Shown here: positions 9,930 to 21,121 of the stretch, piece after piece
How the letters are laid out: the number at the start of each line of letters is the position of its first letter
Numbering within the stretch: position 1 is the first letter of the stretch
DNA from: Carpediemonas membranifera BICM
Taxonomy: Eukaryota > Protista > Fornicata
Length of the DNA: 64,000 nt
Assembly (NCBI GenBank): GCA_019828565.1
Contig: JAHDYR010000012.1
Location: 1,178,001-1,242,000, forward strand
Direction: 5' to 3'
Translations under genes and position numbers: made by a program
Notes under the pieces: model-generated
Seen by the model: only the letters and a program-made list of their open reading frames with translations
What the model was told of the DNA's origin: nothing
Database searches by the model: none

Positions 9930-10547
9930 ATGGTTCACTCTGCATCGCATAGGAGGCGTAGTAATGCATCTAGTCGGTCCCAGGACTCTATCTCGTCGTC
10001 TCACTCGTCTGAGCATGGCAAGGTTGCGAACAATAGCTTTCATCTAGATCCAACACACGAAAAGACCCTTAGGACAGTCCGCAAGCTTAGAAATGCTGGA
10101 TATCGAGACAAAGACTTTGAGAGGCTGTTCGGAATGACGAAGGAGGAGCTGGCCAAGGCGAAGTCGTCCGAGAACCATAACCATGCCGCCCGAGCAAACA
10201 AGAAGACGAGGAAAGACAGTACCGCCCGCCCCTTCTCCTTCCACCAGTCCTTCGACCTCCCCGTCTTTTCCACTGACGACGAGGAGCCCACGGAGCCCCT
10301 CTCGAGCCGCTCGAGGGCGAGCACGCATACGCCCACGCATTTGGCCAGCCCGCGCTCTTCTCGCTTCTCACACTCCTCGCACGCAGCTACTCGCGAGGAG
10401 GTTAATCGCAGACACTCAATCGCAGCAGGCGTCGCCGCCATCACACACCCGCCAAAGCGCCCCCGCCGGACGGCGGCACGACGCATCAAAGAGCTCGGCA
10501 AAGGCATCGGACAGATACTGGCGCCGCTCATTGGGCCGATTCCCTAG
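9930..10547 (+). CDS. Hypothetical Ser/His/Arg-rich protein
   Basis: 205-aa ATG-started ORF filling an intergenic gap, aataaac downstream. Confidence 0.55.
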   Translation: MVHSASHRRRSNASSRSQDSISSSHSSEHGKVANNSFHLDPTHEKTLRTVRKLRNAGYRDKDFERLFGMTKEELAKAKSSENHNHAARANKKTRKDSTARPFSFHQSFDLPVFSTDDEEPTEPLSSRSRASTHTPTHLASPRSSRFSHSSHAATREEVNRRHSIAAGVAAITHPPKRPRRTAARRIKELGKGIGQILAPLIGPIP

Positions 10548-10870
10548 CCCTGGTGGCTGATTATTATTGCACCAGAACTGGATTATTAATAAACATAGCG
10601 GATTATCATGGGGTGGATAGGGTCGGGATGATGGGGCACGTTGGATTGAACTTGCCCCTGTGCATCCGACAGTGCTGCCGCGACTGGGGTGAAGGGGGGA
10701 TGTAGAAGAGAGTTGAGCTCAAAATGGTGGTACAAGACACCGAGGCAGAGCATGAGCTCGGGTGTCCCCATGGCAGACCGAGAGCAAGGTTGCACCATGT
10801 AAGGTCTAAGGTGCAGGGTAACCGCCCTGGACAGAAATAGCAAGCACATCGGTGGCAGCGACAAACCACA

Positions 10871-12607
10871 ATGCGCATGGAGGACCCGACATCAGGCATT
10901 GATGCCGTTCGAGAGCAAACACTGGCCATTCAGGAGGCTCTAACTGGCCTTGGTGAAGTTGTCGGAGACAATCACGCAAAAATTCTGTTGCAGAAAGCAC
11001 AAGAGTGCATTGCAGAAGCTGTTACGCATGTCAGTGCCGCATCACAAGCAGTCCGTGCGGTGGATGTTTCTCCAAGTGTTTCCAGCATTGCTGATGCACT
11101 ACCGATCGTGGCGTCAGCCCTGGCCGGCCGATTGGGCGATGACACAACCATTCCAGCCCGCATTAACGCCGTATACAACACGCTTAAGCCCCTTGCAGAC
11201 ACCGAGGGCCCAGCCATTACGCCAGGCCCGCCTGAGGAGCAGCTCAAGACGGTCATGGGTCTGCTGCACGAGCTCGCAATAACCAAAGCACCCACAGACC
11301 CCAAGCTCAGCGCTGTGCTCCACGGTACAGTAGCAGAGCTAGCTGATGTGTCAGCCACCCTGGATCGGGGCGAAGCGGCCACCCCCGCCATGTGGGACCT
11401 CCCCCTGTGGACACTCGGCAGCATATTCCTCGCCGCCGACTTCAACCGGTTCGCCCCGTTCCTGTGCCACAAGTTCCACATGGCCCGCGGGGAGCTGAGC
11501 CACACGCTCCACCCCGTCACTCACGGCCGGACGACATTCATCCTTCACAACGGGCGGGTCTTCAGACAGCCCATGGTCGCCCCAGATGGCCGAACCCTGC
11601 AGCTGAAGTGGTACCGTCTGCCGCAGATCTGCAAGCTGGAGATCAAGGGTGGGTGCATTTTTGCCCATTCGACGGCCGGCCCCCTCTTCGCTTGGGGAAC
11701 CAACACCTCGGGCATCCTAGGGGTCAACAGGCCCGAGTACACCGTGCGGGTGCCGCTCCCTGTGGTGCTGCCCCCCGGTCGAGTCGACCGCATCCTGTGT
11801 GGTGGACAGAACAACCTCGAGCCAAGGTCATTCTTCCACGTCGTCGGCGAGGGCTGGTTCGCGGCAGGGGTCAACACCTGCGGGGCCCTGGGCGTGGGTG
11901 AGATGCCCGGGCTCTCGGACCCGGCCGTGGTCGTGGTTCCCAGGCGTGTCGACACGGGCGGACGGACCATCGTCCACTGGGCGTCGGACTTCCAATACCA
12001 CGTCACCTTCGCCATCACGGACGACCCCACCTGCCCTGTCATGGCATGCGGCGACAACTGCATGGGCCAGCTTGGCATCGGCACCGAGGACCAGGCGTGC
12101 GCCACACTTCGCCCTGTAGCTATACCCGCGGGCACGGTCGTGACCGATGTCATGACGGCCCGGCGTGTTGCGGCGATCTTCACCAAGGAGGAGGGCGGCA
12201 CCGGCTGCTTCGTGTGCGGGGCAAATAAGGCCCGCAGCATCTACCCCGACGCCGCCGATGCCCTCTACACCCCGATGAGGCTGCCGTTCGCCATCAGCAG
12301 CATCATACTGTCACTCTGCCCGCTGATCTATGCAACGCCCCTGGGTCTTCTTACTTCTTTCGAGGCCATACGTCGCTACGTCACGCTCGACTTCGCAACA
12401 ATTGACGAGGTCATTATTGGCGGGCAGCCCTTCTGCCGGCTCGATTTGAGGCGCTACGATGCCATGACATTCAATGGCGGCGTCCTGCTGAAACAGGGCG
12501 ACGCCTGGGTCGTTGCCGAGAAGCTGCCGCCGGGTCGCGCTGCGATCGCCATCCGCGGGAACAGCGGCAACGTTGACGAGGTACAGCTGGTAGTTCCTCG
12601 TGTTTAA
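10871..12607 (+). CDS. RCC1/BLIP-II repeat protein with N-terminal helical domain
   Basis: LFAWGTNTSGILG, WFAAGVNTCGALG and MACGDNCMGQLG RCC1 repeats. Confidence 0.82.
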   Translation: MRMEDPTSGIDAVREQTLAIQEALTGLGEVVGDNHAKILLQKAQECIAEAVTHVSAASQAVRAVDVSPSVSSIADALPIVASALAGRLGDDTTIPARINAVYNTLKPLADTEGPAITPGPPEEQLKTVMGLLHELAITKAPTDPKLSAVLHGTVAELADVSATLDRGEAATPAMWDLPLWTLGSIFLAADFNRFAPFLCHKFHMARGELSHTLHPVTHGRTTFILHNGRVFRQPMVAPDGRTLQLKWYRLPQICKLEIKGGCIFAHSTAGPLFAWGTNTSGILGVNRPEYTVRVPLPVVLPPGRVDRILCGGQNNLEPRSFFHVVGEGWFAAGVNTCGALGVGEMPGLSDPAVVVVPRRVDTGGRTIVHWASDFQYHVTFAITDDPTCPVMACGDNCMGQLGIGTEDQACATLRPVAIPAGTVVTDVMTARRVAAIFTKEEGGTGCFVCGANKARSIYPDAADALYTPMRLPFAISSIILSLCPLIYATPLGLLTSFEAIRRYVTLDFATIDEVIIGGQPFCRLDLRRYDAMTFNGGVLLKQGDAWVVAEKLPPGRAAIAIRGNSGNVDEVQLVVPRV

Positions 12608-12807
12608 TTTAAAGTTTTCCTGTCAGCTTTTCATTCATTTGGATTGATCTGATTATGGCATCACCTCAAGGTGAGTCCTGTAGTTCGACCCTCTCCGGCA
12701 CCAGGCCACGTAGGGGAGTTCTATGAGGGGCATCAATCAGTGGACCGACCCAGAGGCGATCTAGATTTGAGAGGAGATTTTCTGCGTTCAAAGCACGAAG
12801 CAAACAA

Positions 12808-14847
12808 ATGGAATCGGATGAGATTCTTCCAACCGAGACTATTCGTTCTGTCGACGCAGAGGTACGCACAGGAGAGTATTATCACGATGAGATGATCGGT
12901 GAAACGCTCGTGTACAGTGTGAAGGCCGAACAAGGACCTGACGAGCGTGTACCTGAAAAGGAAGAAGAAGAAGAAGCCACTGATACCAACGAGGAACCGC
13001 AGTTCTCCATGTTGGATGACGCTTTCAGCGAGGCAAAGAAGGAACTCAGCGCGGACGATAATGCAGAACCTGCCGATAATGCTTCGGACGGCTCCGAGGA
13101 CGCCACCCTCGCCGTGGTGCCAGCCCCGGCCGAGCCCGATGAGGCTGAGCCACACGGCATTGCGCACGCCTTCACGGACCACGCTGAGCTTGTCAACAGC
13201 AAGCTCGAGACCCTGTCGAAGCAGGGCGAGGTAGCAAGTCGGGAACAGCTCAACTGCGAGGACCTGGGCGATGCGGGCATGCTGTCGTCTATCTTCAACA
13301 TCGCCAACACGATCCTGGGGGCCGGCACAGTGACCCTGCCCTACGCATTCAAGTCGGCCGGCATCGCACTTGGGCTCGTCCTCATCGTCGCGTCGTACCT
13401 GATGATGACGTTCTCTATGCGCGTCCTCGTCCGCGCATGCCACCGTCTGTCGCCTCGTCTCTATTCCTACCGCGCCCTGGCCCAGAAGTGCTTTGGCCGA
13501 TGGGCCGGGCCCGTCATCGAGCTGCTCATCGCCCTCCTGACCACGGGTGTGCTGATCGCCTACACGGTGATCATCGGCGACTACGTCTCGAGTCTTGCCG
13601 AGTCCTACCTGCCCTTCCTCCCCTTCCTCCACTCGCCCCTCGTCATCAGGATCGTCGTGGTCGTCGCAGTCATCTTCCCCCTCTGCTGCCTCAAGAGTCT
13701 CCGACTGCTGTCTTTCACCTCCGGCATCTCGGTCGTATGCGTGCTCTTCACGACTCTCTTTGTGACGGCGTCGTGCCTCTTCTCCCTCGGGCAAGGCGAC
13801 GCTGCCGTCCTTAATGGCGGAGTTACGTGGTTCAAGTTCGATTTCTCCGCGTTCATGGCGACCTGCCTCTTCAGCTCGGCCTTCGCCGCGCACTTTACCC
13901 TGCCATCGATCTACCAGGAGCTCAAGAAGAAGGAGCTCTCCCTCCTCTCGCCCCCAGAGACCCCCGCACCAGAATCTGACCCAGGCTCCCCTGGTGCCAC
14001 GAACGGCGCGCTTCAGTTCGTAAGTGTTGAGCGCCGCACCCACCGCCGGGCTGGCTCGAGCCTCTACCCTGAGGTCGAGGAGGGCCATGCTACCACCGGT
14101 GCCCCCGAGCCGTTCGCGTTTGACTCGTCTGCACTCGGAAACATGTCGCCCCTGCGCAGGTCGAGGGCGGGGTCCGTTGAGACCAAAAAGGGCCTGGCTA
14201 CACCCCTCCGCAGGGCAATGAAACTCCGAAAGGACAAGGCGCAGCGCATCGCGAAGTCCGGCAGCGACCGTGACTGGCGCCGCATCTGGACGTCGCTCTC
14301 ACTGGGCCTGGTCATCTGCCTCGTCGTGTACTCGCTGGTTGGCATCAGCGGGTACCTCGAGTTCGGCGACGACGGCACCGCAGACAACATCCTCATGAGC
14401 TACACAGGAACGAACGTCGGCCGGGACCTCGCCCTCGCCGCCATGAGCGCCGTCATCGTGTTCAGCATGCCGCTCGTCCACTTCGCCGCACGCCAGTCAG
14501 TCCTCAACGCCATTTGGTCAGTCGTCCGCCGCAAGCCGTACTCCTTCGGCTGGGTGTCGCACGTGGGCTGTGCGGTCGTGATGATGGTCGTCAGCCTCGT
14601 GGTAGCCACCCTCCTCCCCTCGGTCTCGACTATCTTCAACCTGCTCTTTGCCACGGCCGGCACGATGGTCTACATCTGTCTGCCCGGCGTCTTTTACCTG
14701 AGGTTCCGGACCTCCTTCCAGTCCAAGGCCGTCGAGCGGACTAAGTGGACGAGCCAGCTCCGGGACAAGTCCGCCTGGGCCGCCGTCGCACTCATACTCA
14801 TCTCTGGGCCCCTGGGGGTGATGAGCGTCGTATCTAACTTTATCTGA
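12808..14847 (+). CDS. Amino acid transporter (AAAP/SLC38 family)
   Basis: SIFNIANTILGAGTVTLPYAFKSAG signature, GYLEFG, about 11 TM helices, acidic N-terminus. Confidence 0.92.
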   Translation: MESDEILPTETIRSVDAEVRTGEYYHDEMIGETLVYSVKAEQGPDERVPEKEEEEEATDTNEEPQFSMLDDAFSEAKKELSADDNAEPADNASDGSEDATLAVVPAPAEPDEAEPHGIAHAFTDHAELVNSKLETLSKQGEVASREQLNCEDLGDAGMLSSIFNIANTILGAGTVTLPYAFKSAGIALGLVLIVASYLMMTFSMRVLVRACHRLSPRLYSYRALAQKCFGRWAGPVIELLIALLTTGVLIAYTVIIGDYVSSLAESYLPFLPFLHSPLVIRIVVVVAVIFPLCCLKSLRLLSFTSGISVVCVLFTTLFVTASCLFSLGQGDAAVLNGGVTWFKFDFSAFMATCLFSSAFAAHFTLPSIYQELKKKELSLLSPPETPAPESDPGSPGATNGALQFVSVERRTHRRAGSSLYPEVEEGHATTGAPEPFAFDSSALGNMSPLRRSRAGSVETKKGLATPLRRAMKLRKDKAQRIAKSGSDRDWRRIWTSLSLGLVICLVVYSLVGISGYLEFGDDGTADNILMSYTGTNVGRDLALAAMSAVIVFSMPLVHFAARQSVLNAIWSVVRRKPYSFGWVSHVGCAVVMMVVSLVVATLLPSVSTIFNLLFATAGTMVYICLPGVFYLRFRTSFQSKAVERTKWTSQLRDKSAWAAVALILISGPLGVMSVVSNFI

Positions 14848-15252
14848 GTGTGAATAAATCGAAGAAACGTCTTTTGATGACTTGAAGTGGGGCGACACCG
14901 CGCAGGGCCCCGTGGTCTTCTACTCCATCCATCCATCGCCATGTCCCAGTGGCCGTGCTGTACATGCGCAGCTATCCATGGGCGCGCCAGTCCATGGCAT
15001 CGGTGCAGTCGGGTTGGGTCTGGCATGTCATTGTCACTCAACTCACTCAAGAGATCATGGTAAAACCGGCCACCATTCGTAGAAAGAGGGTCAGTTGCCC
15101 CTTTGTACCGTTGCAGACAGCCAATCTCATCAGCAAGGGCGTCATATGATGCCACATGAGCTGTATGTAAGGACGGTGTTGCGCAGTATAAACACATTGT
15201 TCGACCCTTCAATAGCACAGACGGTAGTGGGCTAAACTGCGGACTATAGCCA

Positions 15253-15543
15253 ATGTCGTTCATCACCGCAATCAGGGATCAGAGGAATCCTCGCGTGCCA
15301 CCAGAGAAGGGAATCGTCTACTTTATGCTCAATATTATCCCCGGTCTCGGCACGCTCCTCGCAGCCATCGCAACGGATGATGCGGACAATTGGGCGCTTG
15401 GAATCGTCCAGCTCTGCCTTATCTTCGTCTCCTGGGTCCCAATAGTCGGTCCGATCATCCTCCTCTGCAATTGGGGCTTCTCCATATACTGGGGCTTTCT
15501 GATCTTCGCGGAGTCCCAATTCCTCGGGTTGTCGGCCTGCTAA
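15253..15543 (+). CDS. Spec3/Stum-family small membrane protein (copy 1)
   Basis: LNIIPGLGTLLAA...GIVQL...WGFSIYWG motif; paralog of 20322-20678 and 21329-21685. Confidence 0.72.
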   Translation: MSFITAIRDQRNPRVPPEKGIVYFMLNIIPGLGTLLAAIATDDADNWALGIVQLCLIFVSWVPIVGPIILLCNWGFSIYWGFLIFAESQFLGLSAC

Positions 15544-15571
15544 CCCCGCCGCCTGTGAACCCCGCTGATCT

Positions 15572-17262
15572 TTACACCTGGCTCTCTCGCCTGCTCTTGG
15601 CCGGCGATGACACTATAGAGGCGTCACACAGCGTGTCGTCGCCTACGACGGGGTACAACGACGCGGCCGAAATGGGGTTGCTCGTCATCTTGCCCGACTC
15701 GATGAGCTCTTCCTGACCGTGGACCTCCCTCGCGATGTACTCCTTCCGCCGCTCGGTCTCGCTCTTGTCCCTTGTCAGCAGGGGCCGAAGGACGTTGGCG
15801 TCAAGGTAGTGCATGGCTCCGTGCACTTTAGACCGCGTGGCGACGACATCCTTCTTGGCCTCCTCGATCTGCACGTTAGTGGGGATCCGGAGCAGCTTCA
15901 GCATGGGCAGTGTGCCTGTTCCAGTGCACAGGACGGTCACTACGGCGAGGATGAGCGTCGTAGTCATAAACATCGAGCTGTGCGCTGATGTCTCAGTCAT
16001 CTAAGTAAGCTATAATATAAATGTAATGTAACACACGTAAAGGACTAGGCCGAAGCACACGGCTCCCCTGAGGCCACTGTACCAGATCATCATGAAATGC
16101 TTTGCGGGGATTAGCTTCTTCCTGGACCGCGACCTGATCAGCCTGATGAGGTTCGCCAGGCTGAGCAGCGGCACAACGTTGAACAGCCTCGCGATGGGCG
16201 CGCTGATGAGGGTGAGCAGCACGAAGAGCCAGTTGAAGTCGTGCTGCACGGAGCCCTCCGCCTTGCCGCTGATGGCCGCGCCCAGGAAGAGGAATATCGC
16301 GGTCTCGCTCACCCTGGAGAGCAGTTCAATGGTGACGTGAGCGGCTTCCCGACCGTCGCTCGACATGTTCCGGCGGGTGTACTGAGCGCATATGATGCCG
16401 GTGAACAGGACGCTCATCACGCCGCTGCAATGAACGATCTCCGCGGTGACGTACGACAGTATGGCGAAGCACAGCAGCGTGCCGACCTCCGTCCAGGGCC
16501 GTGACATGAACATCGGCGTCACTCGGAAGTACAGGGTGGCGAGGAGACCGACGACCAGGCCGAGAGTGATCGAGACCACCGTCTTCCAGCAGAATGACCA
16601 CATGATCTCGATGACGGTGAACCATCGTAGTGAATCGGCGTTGATGCCGTTTAGGGCGTTGAACAGCACGACGACGACGGCATCGTTCAGTACTGACTCG
16701 CCGACTGTGTTAGCAGGGATGGGTGTGACGCACAGATGAGGTTATGCAGGTCCGGATCCACCTTGAGACTGTTGAAGATGGCCAGCGTGGCAACGGGGTC
16801 GATGGCGCTGATGACAGTACAGAACGTCAGCGTCTCGAAGAAGGAGACAGACTCGGTGCCTGGGATTGGGATGAAGTGGTATGGGACGTAGATGAGCAGG
16901 ACGGTCACAGCGATGTTGATGACGGTGCCAACGATGGCGAGGCTGAAAATGGTGACGATATTCCGGAAAAAGAAAGCCTTCTGAAGGCAGTACCCCCCCT
17001 CAAACACAATTATAGGCAAAAGATAGAGGAAGAAGCTCTCGGCGTCGAAGGACAGGATGTCGAAATGCTGATTGATGTCGAGGAAGGTCACCCGTGTCAG
17101 GAGACCAATAGCAGCTCCAATGACGATGATCACAGCCGTTTCGGGGATAATAGACAACTTGTAATGGTGGATAACTTGCTGTGCTGCGATGAGACCAATG
17201 ATTATGACCGCTAGAAAGAACAGCGGCAGGGGATGCGTGTTGATGATGCTCTCAGACGACAT
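15572..17262 (-). CDS. Na+/H+ exchanger (CPA1/NHE); introns 16705-16733 and 16001-16036
   Basis: FFLYLLPIIVFEGGY, ISAIDPVATL, LI|FGESVLND restored by splicing, WYSGLRGAV, MFMTTTL. Confidence 0.93.
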
Positions 17263-17470
17263 TATAATCTAGCAAGTACAGAATAGGAATACCTAGGTGG
17301 CGGTTGAACGGCTCCTCGTCGAACTGGAAGCCGATTCACAGAATTGTCCTTAAACTGCGGAATCCTCGCGAAGAATCAAGAAAATCTGCCATATGCTGAG
17401 TCTCTCACCGCACACAATGGCCACAACTCACACAGCATTCCCACGGCTACCGTGACCACCACCCCCGTGT

Positions 17471-19270
17471 TTAACGCCGCTTGCGCCCCACGCGCTTCTT
17501 GGCTCGCGAGCTCTGCTGCCGCCTCTGATCCTTGATGCGCTGGAACGCAACGGTGGCCTTCTCCACAGCCGCGAAGAATGCGTCCAACCCAAGCTGGCCC
17601 ATCATTGTCCCCAGCCCGCTCTCGTCCACCAGCCCGATGCCCGGGGTGAACCGCCCTCCGCACGACGGCATGAAGCCCGTGGAAGGTAGCGATCGCGTCG
17701 TAATCCAACGCGCTGCTGCCCGCCTGACGCACGAAGGCGTCGACCTCGTCTCTGTGGTCGACGAAGACGTCGTATGCCACAGTTGCGTCCATCTCGTTGC
17801 GCTGAATGGCCATCGCCATCTCCTGCCCGGCCGCCCGCTCTTTGGAGATCTCCGCGAACCCCTGGGCGGCCAGCAGCACGGCCCTCTCTGCCTCGATGTT
17901 CCGCCGCACCACCCGGGACACCCAATCCGTCCGGAACAGAACGTTGCCGTCGGGCTGGGCCAGGCGCCTCATGTCGTCCTCACTGACAGCCGCCAGCCGG
18001 GCCTCTTCCTCCCGCCTCGCCTCGGCCTCCTCGGCGGCCTCCCTGTCCCATCTGATCCGGTCGGTCCGCTTGGCCATGACGCGCTCCGTGTGGATCTCCT
18101 TGAGAGCATTGTCGATTGCAGCGATGTCCGAGAAGTAGTGGCAGTTCCTGGTGCATATCCCGAGCTCCGCCAGGCCCGCTTTGAACCAAGAGGTGTCACC
18201 CTGCCAGTTCCGCGAGACAGTCGTCACGTCGTAGTCCTGCAGGGGCAAACCCCCGGAACATCTTGCCGAAGTACTCGTGATCAATAGAGACGTCCTTGGT
18301 GGCCAACAGCGCCTTCAGCTCCTTCCAGTGCTCGTAAAATAGCTGGTGGAAGAGGGTGTTCATCGCGATGCCCTCCAGCAGGTTCTTCTTGAGCTCGGTA
18401 GCGAACGCCGTGACGTCGCTGAACCGCGCAGCAATGCAGACAATGCCTCGGGTGGACGTCAGCCCGCTCTGCTTGACCGAGAAGGCGTATTTCTTGTCTC
18501 GGAATGCCCCGGCTGCCTCCCACTCGATGTGCTGGTATGGGTAGAACCGGTCCGCAAAGGACTTCACAGGGGCGTCCATGGCACAGTTATCCTCGTCCTC
18601 CTCCGTTTTCTGGCCGATGAAGCCGTTCACCGCCCGCTGGGGCATCGAGCCCAGGGTTCGGGGCGTCAGCCTGGGCCATGGCGTTCTCAGCCTCGTCCAG
18701 AGCCCACTGGATATCGCTCATGGTCTCGAAGTAGCCCTCGAGGTCGAGACAACTAATGGCCCCGACGTGTTCGTAGAGGGGGTTCCCGTAGACATCGTTG
18801 AGGTCGCGTTCACGGGGGTCATACGGCGCATTGACCTCCTTCCTCTCGTCCTTGAGGCCGTGGAAGGCCCTGAAGATGTGGTCGTGGTCGTATTCTACCC
18901 CCTGGGGCTCGATGAGTCGCTTGAGCTCGGCAGCATGGCGTGTATTGAAGATCTGATGGAATATGTTGGGGACTGGAGGTTTCTCTCGGTCCAAAAGGTC
19001 ATAAAGCATCTCAGACAAGTCGGGATCAGTTGTGACGTCTGCAAATGATGTGGCAACAGAAATAACGGCTTCGATGGAGGCTTCGTCGAATAATCTGATA
19101 CCATTTCTCCAATCATAACCGTCTATATATCGTTGTGCTGCCTCTGCCTTCAGTCCAAAGGCTGTCTGGCCGAACATGCAGATTGTGATGTCGAACCACT
19201 GAGCCCACAGATCTTGATCTTGATGTCTTAACCTGCGATCTGCTGGCCAGAAGCGTAAAGACGATAATGC
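17471..19270 (-). pseudogene. Frameshifted gene (or mis-assembled gene) with three copies of an unknown domain
   Basis: Four ORF pieces join through +1 shifts at homopolymers (~18660, ~18250, ~17677); motif [FY]xx[IL/V]F...E[LV]...F[HR]G[LF] recurs three times. Confidence 0.6.
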
Positions 19271-19618
19271 GCCCTAATCATCGCATGTACAACATCAACA
19301 ACCATACCCCTTGGTCGTAGTCTTCTCCGTCGCCTCCATCGCCAGATGGTGCTTACTCACGCCGGCCAGCATGGCTTGTCAGATGGATAAACCCACGCTT
19401 GAAGATCTTATTGAACGCCTAGCCGACTGTGTCTTCATCGTCAATCCCCTCATTACGAATTTAAAGGGTTAGGATCAGAGATCTGACGTGCAGTTTAGTA
19501 TAAACTGCGAAATATGGAAGACGACGGCGAGGCTCTCCACTCCACTTTCACATGCCGGCCAGACGTATATCAGGCCCAGTCAACCTCAGTCAACCATTCA
19601 CGCCAATTGAGAGAGAGG

Positions 19619-20110
19619 ATGCTGCAGGTTCGAAAGTCAACTGTGAATGATCTCGACGCCATGCTGGCCATATATGAGGCAGCTAGAGCCTTTATGGTGG
19701 AAGCTGGCAACCCAACACAGTGGGGGACGTCATATCCGCCGAAAGAGGCTCTTATTCAGGATATGGCGGACGAATGCAGCTTCGTCTGCACCTTGGATGG
19801 AGCTGTTGTGGGTACTTTCATGTTCCGTATCGGCGAGGACCCCACGTACCGTGTTATCGACGGCCAGTGGCTTGACGACGCGCCATACGGCGTGGTCCAC
19901 CGCATAGCCGTGAAGCGGGGCGTCAAGACTGTCGCCGCCCACTGTCTGGAGTGGTGCATGGGTCGGATTGGGAACATCCGCATCGACACCCACACCGCGA
20001 ACGGCCCCATGCGAACCCTCCTCGGCCGGCTGGGGTATGCGGAGTGTGGCGTCATCCGGGTCAGGGACGGGTCTCAAAGGATCGCATACCAGCTACGGGG
20101 CAGCGTTTGA
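19619..20110 (+). CDS. Bacterial-type GNAT acetyltransferase
   Basis: MLQVRKSTVNDL...GNPTQWG.SYP...DPTYRVIDGQWLDDAPYGVVHRIA...RIDTH..NGPM..LL.RLGY.ECG; no introns. Upstream in-frame ATG at 19514. Confidence 0.88.
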   Translation: MLQVRKSTVNDLDAMLAIYEAARAFMVEAGNPTQWGTSYPPKEALIQDMADECSFVCTLDGAVVGTFMFRIGEDPTYRVIDGQWLDDAPYGVVHRIAVKRGVKTVAAHCLEWCMGRIGNIRIDTHTANGPMRTLLGRLGYAECGVIRVRDGSQRIAYQLRGSV

Positions 20111-20885
20111 TGTCGTGCAGCAGGGCCTCCGGGCGAACCCCGGGGCAGCGAAGCTGCTGGTGGCGAAGGAGACGCGGCGGCCGCGGCTGAAGATCGTGGG
20201 CCTGCCGAAGCGGTGATGTTTAGCTTTCGTGTAAAATTCGAGTTTCAAGCGAGCGTTCGTGGCCTCCGCCCGATGGGTGGCTCAGTGGTCACATGAAACA
20301 AACTGACTCAGCGTTTATCGCTTAGTGGTGGCCGTTGCCACGGCCCTTGCCGCGGCCAGCGCCCTTGTGCTTGCCGTTGTTGCCACGGGGGCCGCGGGCG
20401 TGAGACTTGCCCTGGGCCTCGCTGAACATCAAGAAGCCCCAGAAGATGCTGAAGACCCAGTTGCAGACGAAGATGAACTGGCCAACGGCGGGGACCCAAG
20501 AGACGAAGATAAGGACGATCTGAATGATGCCGATGATCTTGTTGTCGTCGTCGCCCGTCATGAAGGCGGCGATGGTAGTGCCGAGGCCAGGGATGATGTT
20601 GAGGATCCAGAAGATCAGGCCCTTTTCCTGATCAACTTTGGGAGCGCGGAGTTCAAGTACAGCGTCAATGAACGACATTGTCCTTACGGTAGTTCGAGTG
20701 AATTTCTGCGGGCACTGCTATGGCAGAAAAATAGCCCGAGGCACACACAGATCGCGCTGCAGAGCACCCTCGTACGCACTCGAGACAGTCACAGCGGTCT
20801 GCTCCGCCGAGGTTTTTATTTCGCAGTTTAAAGCAAATTATCGGTAAATTATCTGATATCGAGGAAAGGAGGTTTCAGAATCAAC
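20109..20885. repeat. Left arm of 777-bp inverted duplication
   Basis: Reverse complement of 21122-21898 (paired coordinates sum to 42007); ORF translations are identical in both arms. Confidence 0.95.
20322..20678 (-). CDS. Spec3/Stum-family small membrane protein (copy 2, in inverted repeat)
   Basis: ILNIIPGLGTTIAAF...IGIIQI...WVFSIFWG; basic Gly-rich tail. Confidence 0.75.
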   Translation of the reverse strand: MSFIDAVLELRAPKVDQEKGLIFWILNIIPGLGTTIAAFMTGDDDNKIIGIIQIVLIFVSWVPAVGQFIFVCNWVFSIFWGFLMFSEAQGKSHARGPRGNNGKHKGAGRGKGRGNGHH

Positions 20886-21121
20886 GACTCATCCCAAGTC
20901 AAATTCCAGATTTGCACTCGTTGATCCAGATCTCGTGGAAACAGTTGGCAAGGGTTGGAAAGGTGCATTGCTTCATGTTGATCCTTCGTCATTGAGCAGG
21001 GCAGTCTGTCCGAGTCAGGGGCACTGGGTTGACCCAGAGTTTATCCTCTCCATGGAGACACACAGGGTGCAAGGCCGGCAGGCGGAGAAAAACTATCCTC
21101 AATGGCCGGTGTGCATAAGTT

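Noticed and set aside
12733-14088. Long antisense and alternative-frame ORFs (for example 12733-14088, 26168-27319, 36299-37432, 56688-57767)
   Set aside because: They are shadows of real genes, caused by high GC3 and scarce stop codons on the opposite strand.
20110-20216. ORF tail ...KIVGLPKR downstream of GNAT
   Set aside because: It is only the duplicated 3' end of the HEAT gene inside the inverted repeat, not a separate gene.
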